DNA of 64,000 nucleotides from Yuukianura sp. NJ FZ-2021 (taxonomy: Eukaryota). The translations under genes were made by a program, and so were the position numbers. Positions 42,201 through 55,100 of the stretch are shown one piece after another (position 1 is the stretch's first letter; each line of letters opens with the position of its first letter). The notes under the pieces were generated by a model. The model searched no databases. It had not been told where the DNA came from and worked only from the letters and a program-made list of their open reading frames with translations. Location: NCBI GenBank assembly GCA_046563655.1, contig CM102289.1:8618001-8682000 (forward strand), read 5' to 3'.

Positions 42201-45200
42201 TTTAAAACATCAATCTCCCTCGAGTCATACAACTTTTTAAAAAATTAAAAAAAAAATTTTTTTTTGAAAATCCTGGACATGGGCCCTTAAGGACCTTCCA
42301 TGCTTTGAAAGGCCTCCGCCTTAATTCCTATCTCCACAAAAACAAGTGTTAGAATGCAAGTATCGGGACGCCCTTAGAACTTGATCATGATCTGTAAATT
42401 GGATCTGGGCCCTTAAGGGGACTTGAAGGGACGAAAACGTAGGTTGAAGGGATACACATAGCCTTAAGTTGAAGGTGATGGTGGACGTGCAGATCAGTGT
42501 GGTTCATTGTTAGTTTCCAGTTGAGCAGAGAGTCATATATCTTTAGCACACTCTGTGACTTGGGCAGGGGACTTTGGGAAAAAGTCAAAGTGTCACCTTC
42601 CAAAAAGTTCCTATCTTGGTCTGACGTGATCTGGAAGATAAAATGCAACAATGTCCTGGAGGGAACTTTCAAAAATAATAGAAGAGGTTGCCGTGGTAAC
42701 AATGCGTCTGCAGAGATGATGGCTCAAGTCTTAACGAAATCTCATAAGCTTAAAGAGCCTCCCGGCCCCACCACCAAGCCAAGAATTCTAGATCTGGAAA
42801 TGATATCTTCTCACGAAGATTCAACGCTTTTGGATTTTTAAAGTTTGGACTCTCTTGAATTTCATAATTGTGCAAAGTCATAAGAATTAAGTTGAAAACC
42901 TCCACTTTATGAAGTAATATGTAAAGTACAATTTAAGAAAGTGGACTCATGTTACCTCCAGGCTCCGCAAGTTTCAATTACACTTTGTACAATTTGTAAA
43001 ATCTTAATTCTTGAAATTTTGAAGAATTTTTTTTTCCAAAAAACGAGCAATTAACATGTAACGTTGCAGGTTTACGGCCACTTGCTCAACAGAGACATAA
43101 ATTTGACAACTAAATTAACATTTACGTTTTTGAAACCTTATCTCTCGTGAACCTCAAGTTCACCTTAGGTAAATAACCTTAGTTTTCATGATTCTAAAGG
43201 CGCCAAAGTAGATCCAAGGCTCAGTGAAGTCAAGGGACCATGCACCCTTGAACTTTTTGAAATTTTGAATCCGAAAGAAACAATTTTCTCGTTTCGAAAC
43301 AACCTAGCACAACCTTGCTACTATTTCAAGGAGTACAGACGCGCTAGAACTTTTTGGCACACCGATCTGAAAGGATCTCTGATGACCTCGGTGCGATGAA
43401 TCTCAATTTCCTTTCCATAAGTCCCAGTGGACTCACTTTCTATTTCGAGTTAGACAAATATAACCTAACTTTAGCCTAGCCTAACTTTTACGTTGTATCT
43501 CAGCACTGTTTCTAAGAATCCAGAATAGCCTAACATAGTTCCTTTGCACCAACAAAACTATACTGCCAGTATTCACCTTCATTTCCAGTCCAACTATGAT
43601 TCTGGTGCGCTTGTTTTTAATAGAACAGGGGAATAGGATCGTGATGTGATCTAAAAGAAAACCGCCTCAACCCCATCCCATTGTCTTTCACTTTCCATTC
43701 AATTCACTTTCTCCTTTGTTTCAACCTACTTTCTTCCATTAGGTTCAGTATTTTCTAAAGGTGAAACACTTCCGCACAAAGGACAAACATCCGACGCAGA
43801 CGCCATTTTAAATTCAATTGTTTCCGGCACCGCATTTCGTGTCCTCTTGTCCTAATTTGAAATGAGACTCTAGTTTTCAAAATGTTCCCGCGTTTTCACG
43901 AATCCTCTGAATTGTCCACTACTAACCTATTCGCGTTCCAATTTAAATTTAGAAAATTTCTTGGTCCCCAGAGAATCATTAGACAGAATAAGTTAGGCCA
44001 AAGAGAAAGTCTCGGACAGGTGAATCGTAGATTAAGACACCAATGGCTTTCATTGGCTGAGGTCTACATGTTAGAGGTTGGTTGTTTACAAGCCAAGGGA
44101 CATCACATACATCTTCCCTGGGTACAACCTAACGTTAGCCTAACCTAAAACAACCTTAGCCTAACCTAAAATAACTTTAGACTAGCCTAACTTAAACTAT
44201 AGTTGCACAGCACGGTTTTCCAAAGTTACAAAGTTGTAATTTCTGGACAAAATTTTCTAGGAAATGGACTTTCTGGAGAAGAAACGCAGAGTTGCAGAGT
44301 TCTTTTAAAAGTTTGAATAGCCTAACATTTTAAGTTAACAAATTCCTAGGTTCAGGAAAGAGAGAAAGTCGTGGGTGAATTAATAGGAGAAAGTGGAGGC
44401 TAATGTACTACCTTTCGTGGCAAAAGAAAAGTTGTTTCTGTAACTGAATTCAAAAGGATTAATTTCATTTTCACGAAACTAGAAGAAGCCTCATGCGCTT
44501 TCATATTGCAGCAAGGGCGACTTTCACCATAACTTTCCCTGAGAAATTGGAATTTTTCTTGTCAAGAACCTCTCTCCTAACAGAAAAAAAAAAGTCTTGA
44601 ATTTTTGGCGGAGTTGTGCCCCGCCTTATTCAGCCCCACCGCCGCCTCCTCCATCCGACTCTGCGGTGGGGCATATTTATCAGGCCACGAAAGTTAAGTT
44701 TCGCTTTCTCTTTCCCGCCTTCCACCGCATCACAATTACCCAACATAAATTCAGTCTAAGACTACTTCCTTATGGGTGCTTTTCTTATTTTTTTGAAAAC
44801 TAACATTTCCATAGAGAGCTGAGCTTCGAGCTTTTGAAGCTTTCCTTTTTTTGAAAATAGGAAGCGCTTGAAGGTTTTCCTTAGTGGAGACCATTAAAAA
44901 TGGATGGAAGGTAGCAATGTTAGTTTCTGGAGGGAAGGAGGACAGGTAAGCAGATCTCATTCAAAATGTATGACATGGAATACAAAAAATAATGTGCAGT
45001 TTTGGGCTCTGTGGCGCACTGCTCTCTAAGGCTTTTTGGTTCTACTGAGCAATAATTATGGGAAACTTCTTCCATTTCTTTCCGCAATTCCTATTCAGGA
45101 AACGAAATTATTTAAAATGGAGTCGTAAACAGTACAAACCGTTTCGAAAAAAAAAGTTTTCCAAGAAACTGCGTTTTTTCTTACTTTTTTTTTGAAATAG

Positions 45201-46111
45201 AACCCGGAATAAGTAAACAAGAGGTGGTGTGTATTTGCCACTTTTTGGCAATCAGTATAAACCAGCTACTTTGAACATTCCAAAAAAATTAAGCAGAAAA
45301 AAAAGAAGTTTTTAAAAATTTCATTTTTGAAACAAAAACTGGAAGTGACACCTTTCCTAAACATTTCACATTTTTAACTTTTGCAACGGCGGGAAAAACA
45401 AGGTTCTTTGATAACGAAAATAAATTTTCCTTAACAGGCTGAGTACTACCTTGATTGTTGGTAAAACAAATTAATTAGGCTTTCATTTGTTACAAAATCT
45501 AAAAAATTCGGCTGTATTGTTTTGATGACGATGCCTTGAAATGCAAAAACACTTTTTTTTAGTAAAATCGAAAAAAAAAACAGAAAGTGTTAGCCAACCT
45601 GTTAAAGAAAATCAAAGTCAACAAACCTTGGAGAAAAACTTTCATTCTAACTGAAAATGTTTACAGACTAGAAAACGAAAGTGATGATGAAAAAAACAAC
45701 AATGCCCTAGTTAAATTTGCCAGAAATGCGAAAATATGAAAAAATGAAGTTTTTTTTATCAAAACAGAGTGAGAACCTTACCTGTAAATTTTGTATGAGT
45801 TGTTGACAGGCAATTGGCGGAACTTGTGAAGTGATGGTGACCGTGACATCTTCATAGCCTCCAGAGGGGTTGAGGCGTAGCTTGGCTTCCGTCAGGGCCG
45901 GAACGCTTGACGTGAGAATAATTGAGACAAGGAGGAAGATTAGTGTTGCACTGGGTTTGTTCCAGCCATTCCAGCGATGAACAAAATTCCACTTCATGGC
46001 TTCCGAGTGATTAATTTGGAAAAATGGGCTCGACGCTCCGGTTTCACCGCAGTTTTCACCGTTAGAAGTGGAAACTGCTGCACTGCGACACGAACAACTA
46101 CTTCGTCTCAT
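12297..46111 (-). CDS. CLCA: Calcium-activated chloride channel regulator (CLCA) family protein, membrane anchored (~1212 aa, 11 coding exons)
   Basis: Exons 46111-45782, 28186-27874, 26204-26042, 25025-24771, 23209-23104, 21003-20770, 18572-18252, 16199-15941, 15556-15320, 14349-14309 and 13676-12297 join in frame with GT/AG ends. Motifs: signal peptide, ASSYLYEATSRRIYF, PFTQQSVGCGEAG, VHEWAKFRYGVFEE, HNPYAPTKHNFLC, vWA domain, DSGNGDPDLTRGDGIYSRY, FnIII (PSRIGNL...FTSPGDDMDQG), TM helix, cytoplasmic tail. The start may instead be the ATG at 45997. A possible 5'-UTR acceptor lies at ~46624. Confidence 0.9.
18600..18890. mobile_element. hAT-like MITE family A
   Basis: CAAGGTT...AACCTTG ends, internal IR TTAACAGGTTG/CAACCTGTTAA, TSD AGTGAAAC/AGTGAAAG. 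Homologous to four other copies in the window. Confidence 0.8.
20382..20625. mobile_element. hAT-like MITE family A
   Basis: Same ends and internal sequence as 18600-18890. TSD GTTTGGTA/GTTTGCTA. Confidence 0.8.
21612..22239. mobile_element. MITE-like element with ~20-bp TIRs
   Basis: Left CTGGGCGGACATTTTGGTAC versus reverse complement of right end CAGGGCTGACATTTTGGTAC. Many subterminal TAGGA/TCCTA motifs around an AT-rich core. No clear TSD. Confidence 0.65.
32880..33134. mobile_element. hAT-like MITE family A (opposite orientation)
   Basis: CAAGGTTCCTTGACAA...GTCAACAAACCTTG flanked by a perfect 8-bp TSD TTGGAGAG. Confidence 0.85.
38009..38120. mobile_element. Tiny Tc1/mariner-type MITE
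   Basis: Perfect 17-bp TIR CCGTAAATCTCCAAATA / TATTTGGAGATTTACGG, flanked by TA on both sides. Confidence 0.65.
45399..45630. mobile_element. hAT-like MITE family A (opposite orientation)
   Basis: Same ends and internal IR. TSD GGGAAAAA/GAGAAAAA. Confidence 0.75.
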
Positions 46112-49100
46112 TATGACTTTCACGGTTTTAGTCTCTCTATAGTCTTTTTAGCATCAAAGCGTTTTAGTACTTTTGAGTAGGCTTTGGCTCAAAATTGGTT
46201 GAGCTACTTTTAAGCTTGTCTTTGCTTGGACTTGTCAAAACGAATGTCTGACAAAATTTTGTGGTCGTAGATGATGTTCCAGAAGATGATGTTGCGGAAG
46301 GGTGTGAAGTGTTTAAGTGTTTAGTAATTTCCGTGGTACAAAGACTGTTGTAGCTGATGGTGATGATACTGAAGGGAAGTTGATCTTCGTAAGTAGTCAA
46401 AGATGAATGGAACGACTCCTCCTTCGGCCTATTAGAACTTCAACACCAAACGAGAGCGAGCGCCACTGCCACAGTTTTTTATTAATAAAATGAATTATTT
46501 TCTGGCTGCTGCTGAAAACAGTTCTTCACTTTTTTTCTTTTGTTCGATGAACAGTGAAAAAATTTCTCACACTCGGACAATGATGAAGGTTGGTCACTTT
46601 GGCCGAACTTCAGAAAGATTTATCTGAAACAAAAATTTGGAAAATTGTAATTGAAAAAATTTGTAGGCAAAATTAACTAGAAAGTCTCGGAGAAAATTGA
46701 GTTAGAAAAAAATTCAGTCACAAATTGAACGAACCAAAAAATTTCGACGGAAATTTGAACAAGTAAAATTTCAACAAAAATTTGAGCAAGTAGAGAAATT
46801 TAGTCGAAAATTTTTGTGGAGGTCAAAATCCAAGGGCGGAGGTCACTGCGTGAACTGGAGTTGCAAAAATCGAATCACGTCAATTAACTTTACAAATTTA
46901 TGAAATTAAGCATGACACACTCTGCTCTGGTGTCTAATCATAAATTGCAAATTTTCTGGAGTTGATAAGTGGCAATTGCCAAAAAGAGCGTCGCGATTTC
47001 AGCGCACCGTGCCAACTTTTGGCACTGTCATGACTTATTATCATAGTTTATGAAATAGGAGACAAAATGATATGATACAACAAGACTGATAAAATTGTGA
47101 CAATTTAAGCACCTATTTATACAATTTGAGCACGGACAACTCATAATAAAAATGAAAACGGTATTTTTTCAAAGAAAAATTGAAACCGCTTAAAATTCGA
47201 CTTTAAAATTTTTCATTTTACTTAGACTTTTTCATTTTTTGACTCGGAGGCAGAAAAACCTTGGAGGAATATGAAGAAGCACGTTCCTCCATTTGTTACT
47301 TTTTTCCTTTACCGCCGTTGTCATTCATTATGACTTCAAAAGTTCCCGGGCAAATTTTTTTTTAAAGTTGAGTCTCGTTTTTTAGACAGAATGAGAATGA
47401 AGTGATAGACGTGTGGTTTAAATCAAAAGAAAAAAGAAATGACAGGATAATGACAACATTTCAAGAGATAAACGCTCTGATACGTTTTTTTTAAGTTGAA
47501 CTTTTTTGAAAACTTAAACTTGCCGCTGGTATTAATGTTTAGTTTAAAGTTAATTATACATAGTTAAGTTATAGTTAAAGTTAATGTGTTTATAACTTAG
47601 GCGTAGTTAACAATTCATTTGAATTTATAATTTTTTTCTTCATTGACATGCGCTGTAATATAACATTTCAACTCCTTGTCATTCAACCTTTGTTTCTGTG
47701 ACACCGTACACATTTTAATTTTTAAATTTTAGCGGTTTTGCAAATTAGAGGTTTCAAAACCACTAATGGCAATTCAAAGTTAACATGATGGCTTAAAATT
47801 CTAACATTTCATGTATTATGCACAGTCCGCCCATTTCCAAAAAAAATCATGCGCTCTGACATGACCAATTTCAGTATCAGTTGATCTTGGAATTCATTTT
47901 TTGGCAAATCCCGCTCATGTCTTTTCATCAAACCGCGCGCAAACATCCAAAATCCAAAATCCTCGCAATTTATAAGGAAACTGTGTGATCTCCCCTCGCG
48001 GCAATTTTTTTCAAAGTCGTTTCCTTTTTTAGCAAAACGGCCACGCTTTTTAGCCGGCAGGGAGCACGTTTCTATGCGCCTGCGTAGAGTAAAAAGTAAA
48101 ATAAAAATTATACGTTCACGGTCAGATTTTTAAAATCGGGTGTTCCATTATCCAACAAACAAGAAACTTCAAAGGTAGTAATTAATTTGAATGGATTTGG
48201 CGTGTGTAAGTCGTCCCTTAGAACGTAAGGGCCCTCGGAGACTTTCAAAATCTAACCTAACATAGCCTAACAAAAACCAAACAACACTTTTCAACCCCTT
48301 CAAAGCCTATTTCTGGCTCCCTGTCTTTTCCATCTATTATGTATGCTGAGCCGCTCCTTTCGTGGAAGGCTGGACCAACATGGATCTTGACAAGGTTTGG
48401 CCTGTGCTAGTGTAGGTTTGGCGGTAAAAGGAAAAGTGGGCATTACGTCAATATCAATTACTTTGGGAAGTTTCCTTCCACAAGATCCAGAAGGATAGCA
48501 ATAGACCTACTGCAGTATAGTAATCAGATCAAAAGAGGATATTCCTATGAAAAGAGCAGGAGAAAGTAACATTTTGAGTGAAATTGGAGAAACTCGACGA
48601 ATGAAAATTCGGAGTGGTGCAGAACTCTAGTGGTAGAATAGAAATCAAAAATGAATGAACCATTGGAATAGAAACATACTAATCATACTAATCATTAAGG
48701 GACTTCTGCCCACTGAACTTTCTCCTGAGGCCATCGCTGGCTCTTGGCTGGAAGGGAACACCATTCGGACGAAATTTGATATTAATAATCTAATAATGTC
48801 CAGTGCATGTCATTTTGCTCTTAAGGCCTTTTCTCAAAATTCACTTATTTCAGCAAAATGATTATTATGGGGGCAATGACCTCAAACTGCTCCTTCCTTT
48901 TTCCAAAGTCAACAATTTTCGTAACCGATTTTAAATGCTATACTTTTGAAAAAAAAATTGAAAAAAAGAAGTATTTTTTAGGAATTTTTTGTTGAATAAC
49001 ACCACAAAAATTTTCTACATAAAATGTGTCACGAAGGAAATGCAGAAATGTACGTAAACTTTTTTTTTCCACAAGTACAGTTCCGTAAAGCAATTTTTTA

Positions 49101-52100
49101 GTACTTTTTTTAGCACGAGTATTTTTTTTTTCACTGTCACCGATATTGCATGACACATTGCAAAATCGGGTTTGCGGTGGCGGAGAATCGAAAATGGCAA
49201 ATTGAAGTCATGAATATTTAAACTCTGCCGAGCGAGAATTTTACCGCCAAAATTTGGTTGTAACCAAAACAGAAATTGTCCAGGAAGGTTTTTGGATTGA
49301 CGTTTCTGATAAATCGATACATCAATTTTGCAATGTTGGTAGAAAGTTAGCCGATGGCATCGCAAGTACCAGCTGAAATTGGACTAAAAAACAACTTTGT
49401 TTCGGAACTGAATGAAATTTGACCAAAAAGGAAAAAGGAAGAGGAAGAGTAATTGGAATCTTGTTACATGGCAGGCTAAAGCCTTTGTTCAACAGTAATT
49501 TTTTACATGTCAGCCATCATGTCACTGGAAGGACAGAAGAAAAGAAGACCTGGACATGACCAGAACATTACACGTCAACAAAACATTGACAGATTTTTAG
49601 TTCCCTGGTTCATTCAAAATTAACAACCAAAAAAGGACAAGTTTATGTTGCAAAACTCGAAATTTTCCAAATTGACAAAAATTTGATTTCCTGTGAAAAC
49701 TTTTTGGCGTCCATAAAATATGGAAAACTTTGTACATGAAATATTTCCATATTTTTTCCTTTTCAATAAGGATTTTTGACTTTTTCAAAAACCCTCGAGA
49801 CACTCTAATTTTTGAAATGAAGTTTGGTCAATTTTTTTCAAAAAGAGAAAGTTAGGAGGGGCATTGAATGTCATCGGAAAGAGACTCTCATGCAAACAGA
49901 AAAACCAACAACTTTTTAGTTCCGGGGGTAAAAAAAGTGAAAAAAAGAGCGGGAAAAGTAGGGAATGAAACACGAACAGAGCAAAAAGGAAAGTTAACTA
50001 CTTTCTCCCAAGGCTTTTCGTTTCCTCTACTTTCCGGTGACAGTAAAATACTTTTAGAAAACGTACTTGGGCATCCTTTAGTAAAAAAGAAGCCAGAGAC
50101 GGACACATACTGAGTATTTTTTCCGAAAAAGCAACGATAGACGGGCAAATAGTGACTCTTTTTTTTCGAAAAAGTAGTTTTTTTTCGAAAAAACCACATG
50201 AATTTAGTCTCCTCGACGAACTTTGAAGTGGACCCAGGCCAAAGAAACGTAGAACTAGCAACTACCACATTCGAATTGACAAGTCGAGATGGGCTTTGTA
50301 TGTATCGTGTCCTGTTAGAAACCTAACTTTTTTTTTCGAACAGAGAAAGTTCGTATACTTGCTTTCTCTTTTTGGATTAAAAGACAAGAAACTTCTCTTT
50401 TTTTTGTTACCGCAACAAAACGCGTTTTCGTTTGGAAATGATTTTGAAACAGTGCGATTTCCAGCCAAAAAACGAAGCGAAACTGAACAAAACCCAACGT
50501 AAAAAAGTCTTTGAGTTACAAAGGAGCCCGGCGTTCTTCCGGTTTCTGTTAGGTTAGTTTTTTTGTAAGGTTTTGTTATTTTTTTTTCTGTTACAGAACT
50601 GCACGGCGGGAGTTCCAGTTTTCCCGCCGTTCGTCCTTCCGACTCTCATGAAAATGAAATAAATTAGGAAATATGAGTTTATTGTTTCTTGGGTTAGAAA
50701 AATAGACGGAGGGGGAATGTCCCTTGGAGCGTCACTCGGTCGTGCCCTTAACTTCCTTTTCTAGAAATCGCTTGCTCAAATTTAGAAATCGCTGCTGGAA
50801 TGTACTTTCTTGGAGACCAAGTACAACCCATTACTCCGACATGTTTTCTTCTCCAACTCTGTCGTTCAACTCCAGTCGTGCTTCGTACATTTAATTTTCT
50901 GATTCCATTTCTTGTGAAAAAATAAAGTTTTTGTTCGTTTTGAGCCCAAATCATGCAAAGTTGTCGTAACAGTTGTAGGAAAGTTGAGAAACGCACCAGT
51001 AATCAACTCAAACCCACAAGAAAAGATGGAAAAGCTTGTTGTTTTTGGTACAACTTGGGAGAAAATATCTTTCACATCAAAACGGATCGAAGATCCACAT
51101 GACAGATTAGGTCTTGGCAGGATACACAAATTCATGGGCATGAAATCCGTCTTAGTCTTGGCGTTTAAGTGGAAGGCTAAAGGAATTTAGTGCTGGAACA
51201 AATTTTGAGACCATGCAAATATTTGAACGCCAAAACTTTTGCCCTCGTCAATCAAACTTTTTTTTTGACTCAAATGAAAATGAATACCTGTCCAAAATTC
51301 TCAACAAGTTCGAGGTTACCCTAGAGGTTACTTTCGAAAAGTCTAAAACTTAGATTGTGTTTCGAAATTTTGAAGTTAGTGCGTCGAAAAAGTTAAAAGT
51401 TAGCCTGGGCTTTGAAATTTTAAGGTTATGCTTTCAAAAGTTACGTCTAAAATGCTTTGTGTTTATGGTTGGATTGAAAACCAACAAAGCTATGAAAAAA
51501 CCTCAAAAGGTGAGAAATTCAAACAACTATAAACAGCCCAGCCTCCGGCCTATGCTAACCTTCAAAATTTTCAAAAGAAAAGAATTTTACGTCAATTTTC
51601 GAAATTTTGAACCCAAACTTGATCAAAACAGTTTTTCAGTAGCATTGTTAGAGTGAACCCAGTCCTTAACTCACAGCGTGGGTTAACCTAACAATTCAAT
51701 GGTTTTAGGGTACAATGGCCCGAAAAGTGACAAAGTCTGATTTAGAAATGGGTTTCACTTGAAATTTCAAAACAAACAATGATAAAAACAATCTTTTTCT
51801 AAAAGCAATACTACACAAATAGAGAATAAGTGACCATCTTTTAGCATTTATCTTCCCGGAACCAAAAAAAGTGTCACCATCTTCTATAATCTTCTATTGA
51901 CTCAGAAAGGCTCGATTTTCAAATTCGAAAAAGCTTTTTCAACTTTAAAGTTTAGTCGTGACTTTTAAGCTTCTCTGTCCTGGAGGTCCACCGACAAAAA
52001 CATGTCACCCTCTTGAGACTCAAGTTTAAAAGGCAAAAAGCCTTCCAGGTTAACCTAAAGTTAGGTTAACCTAACCTCTATGATCTCAGTCTAAAATTAC

Positions 52101-55100
52101 ATGAGGTTAGGTTCACAGGACGTAGTTTTAGCTTGTCAAAGGTAAAAGTTCAACGGATTGGGAACTTTTTTGATAAAAAGTGAAAAAGCGATTTAGAAAC
52201 CCTAACCTTTTGATTTTAAAACTTTTTTTTTTTCAAATCCATCCTGCACTTGACAGTTCTCCACTTATGGAAACTAAACACACCAAAAGGTCATCCTCAA
52301 AGCCCACTTCAACACTCAACCCAACAAACTTAAATTAACTTTTCTCATTTCAAACAGTTTTTCAACAAAAAAAAGTTTTTAGTACTCGGTTTTTCCTCTA
52401 TTTGGAAAAAGTACTTGATCTTCATCTTCAAAAAGCCCATGCAGAGTTCAAAAAAGCTTCTCCAGATGGAAATCAACTTGAAAAAGTTGATTTAAAAACT
52501 AGTTCTCAAAATCCAACTTTTTTGTATGGGTCAGAATGCAATTTGACTTTTTAACTTTGAAGCCCACCAGCACGCGTACTTTTGTAATTGTAATTAGTAT
52601 GATCAGATTCACCGCAGAAGATGATCACTTTCATCAAAAATTTGCCTTCAAGCACAATTTATCCAAAAGGAATTTCATTTTCAACTTTCCGTTTTACAAA
52701 CAACAGGAAAGTTTATGCGCTTGAAAATTAATCAAAAATTTGATTATTTGCAGAATCCATATAAAACTTTTAGTCCAAGCGGTTTTGATTGGAGGAAAGC
52801 TTCTGGCGGGAAGCATATTTTATTCAAATTTTCGTCCCGTCGCTAACTTTGACGCTTAAATATTTCGAAAACGCTTTTCATACACCTATTGTTCTCCCGG
52901 CCAAAGTCTCCAGCGATTTGGCTTTTGTTCTGTTAGAATTAAATTGTGACGACCAAAAGTGAAAGGAGAAAGGGCGGGAGTTGCTGGTTTTTAGAATTTT
53001 AGAATAGTAGAGTAGTAGATCTTCTAAAGAATTTTCAAAATTTTCCCGCGCAGTAACTCAAAAGGTCCGTTGAATTTAATATGACCTGATTTTAAAGCTT
53101 TACTTTCAAGAATTATGGGTTTGACGTCCATTGAACCTTGGTTTTGCAGCGTCCTACGCTGCTATTCCAGCGTCACCGCTTTTCGGATGGAATTTTGTTC
53201 TAATTAGATTTCAGAAAGCTCAAAGCCTTTAGGTTTCATTTTAAAATACATTTTCAACTTAAGGTAAAGTCTAAAACCAAGAGAGTTAGTTCAAAAACAG
53301 TGAGAGTAGTGTAAATCGCTGCCAAAAGTAGCAGCGATTTTCAAATTTCAGCGTTCAGATGAGTTTTGCCAGGAAATTAGAGCATCTTTGTGTAAAATGA
53401 ATAACACGGAGACTTTGGAACATCATCATCCTCGTTTTCTTTCATTTTCCTAAGCACTGTTTGGCGTGATCACAAAACTTTTTTGGAAAAACAAAATGTG
53501 ACTTTTTTTCTAGTTAAACAAGAAATCCTATCTCGTTATACTAACAATCTTTTATCAAGCACTGAACTCTCCTCCTTCTACACCAAACCACAAGTTAAGT
53601 TCTTAGTTTCACAAAAAAGTTAGGGTTTAGAATGAAAAAGTTTAGGTTAGGGTGAAAAGCGCATTATCTAAATCCACGTTACAAATTATAAGATTGTTTC
53701 GATGAAGATGAAGATGATCATGAGGATTTCGTGAGACATGAGAGCCTTAAGTCCGCATCTTTCTGTTCTCAACTCGACACCTTCCAGACACACAAGATTT
53801 CCTGGAAACCTCCAAAACCTTTAATTATCTTTTTTCGAAAAAACGAAAAAAGTAAAACAAACAGACAATGTGCGTTTCACGTTTCCGGGAAAATTCGAAT
53901 CAAGCGTTTTGTTATAGTTACTCCCTCCAAGATTCAGTTCTGGAACATAGTCACCCCTTCTACAGCGTTACACATAGTTACTCCCTCCACTAACTTCAGT
54001 CTATTGTGTAACACTGCACTGCTGGAACTAAACTCATTAAAATCAAATAATAGCGCACTCTACTTTCTTTCTTTTTTGAAAAACCCGCTTTTTTCGTTCT
54101 TTTAAAGAATTTAAGTGGAATTGGATCGAACTCTACTGACAATTTGATCCAATTCAAAAAAAAAATGAAGACGAAGAAATTGGACCAGTTTTTTAAGACG
54201 ATCTGGAACCCTGTGTTCCACTTTCCTCCAAAATTATGGACCAATTTGCATCAAATTTTGAACGAAAAAAAATGTTACAACTTTGCCATTCCACTTTCAT
54301 CGTTCGGAAGAAGAAAATAAGGTCTTATTGTTATTATTGAATCTGCAAATGGAGTTGTGCGCCGCGCCTGACAAGAACTGAAAACCGAGTTACACAAAAT
54401 TGAAGCGCTGAAACGCTGGAAAGATGCTGGAACGCTGGAAAAACGGAAAAGAAAGCTAAATTGTGCATAGCTTTCACTATGTGTGTCTTCTTGCTACCAA
54501 AACTAATAATACAGACGTTGCTTTTTTTCAAAAACTGAAAGACTTTGGATCTGTCAGGGCTTAGACTTTTACATTACTTGAGGGGAAATTTTCAAAAAAA
54601 AAAATACAAAAAATGTTAAAAAGAGAAAGTTTTTTAAAAGCTTTGATTTTTGGATAAATGCTTACGCACACAGACTAAAAACATGAAAATTTGAAACAAG
54701 AATTGAGTTTATTTCGGCTTTAAAATTTGGGAAAAGATAAAAGAGAGAAAGTTTTCAAAGCCGTTTTGTGTTACATAGCCTAACTTTTTCATGCTATGTT
54801 TTAGATCGTTTGTTGTGCATAATTAATTTTTAGGAACGACCATTACATCAACTTGGTTCAAATGTATTGTAAAAACAAACTTTGTACCAAAAAGTGTACA
54901 AAGTTTAGAAAATTCCTCAAGTAGAAAATGTGAACTGGGCTTAAGTTCCAGCACTAAAGTTAAGAAACTGGTAAATTGGTAAGGGCGGTTAGGTTTAAAA
55001 GCTTAAATTTTAAAATGGACCAAAGCCTTTATCTTAACCCAAGGGAGATTAACTGTAGCCTTTACCTTTTAAAATACTTTCTAAACCCTCTTTTTTCAAA

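Noticed and set aside
44126..44195. CCTAA/AACCT-rich tracts resembling the arthropod telomeric repeat (also near 27150, 43460 and 52050)
   Set aside because: Short, degenerate and interstitial. Common simple-repeat or transposon-associated motif, with no sign of a telomere.
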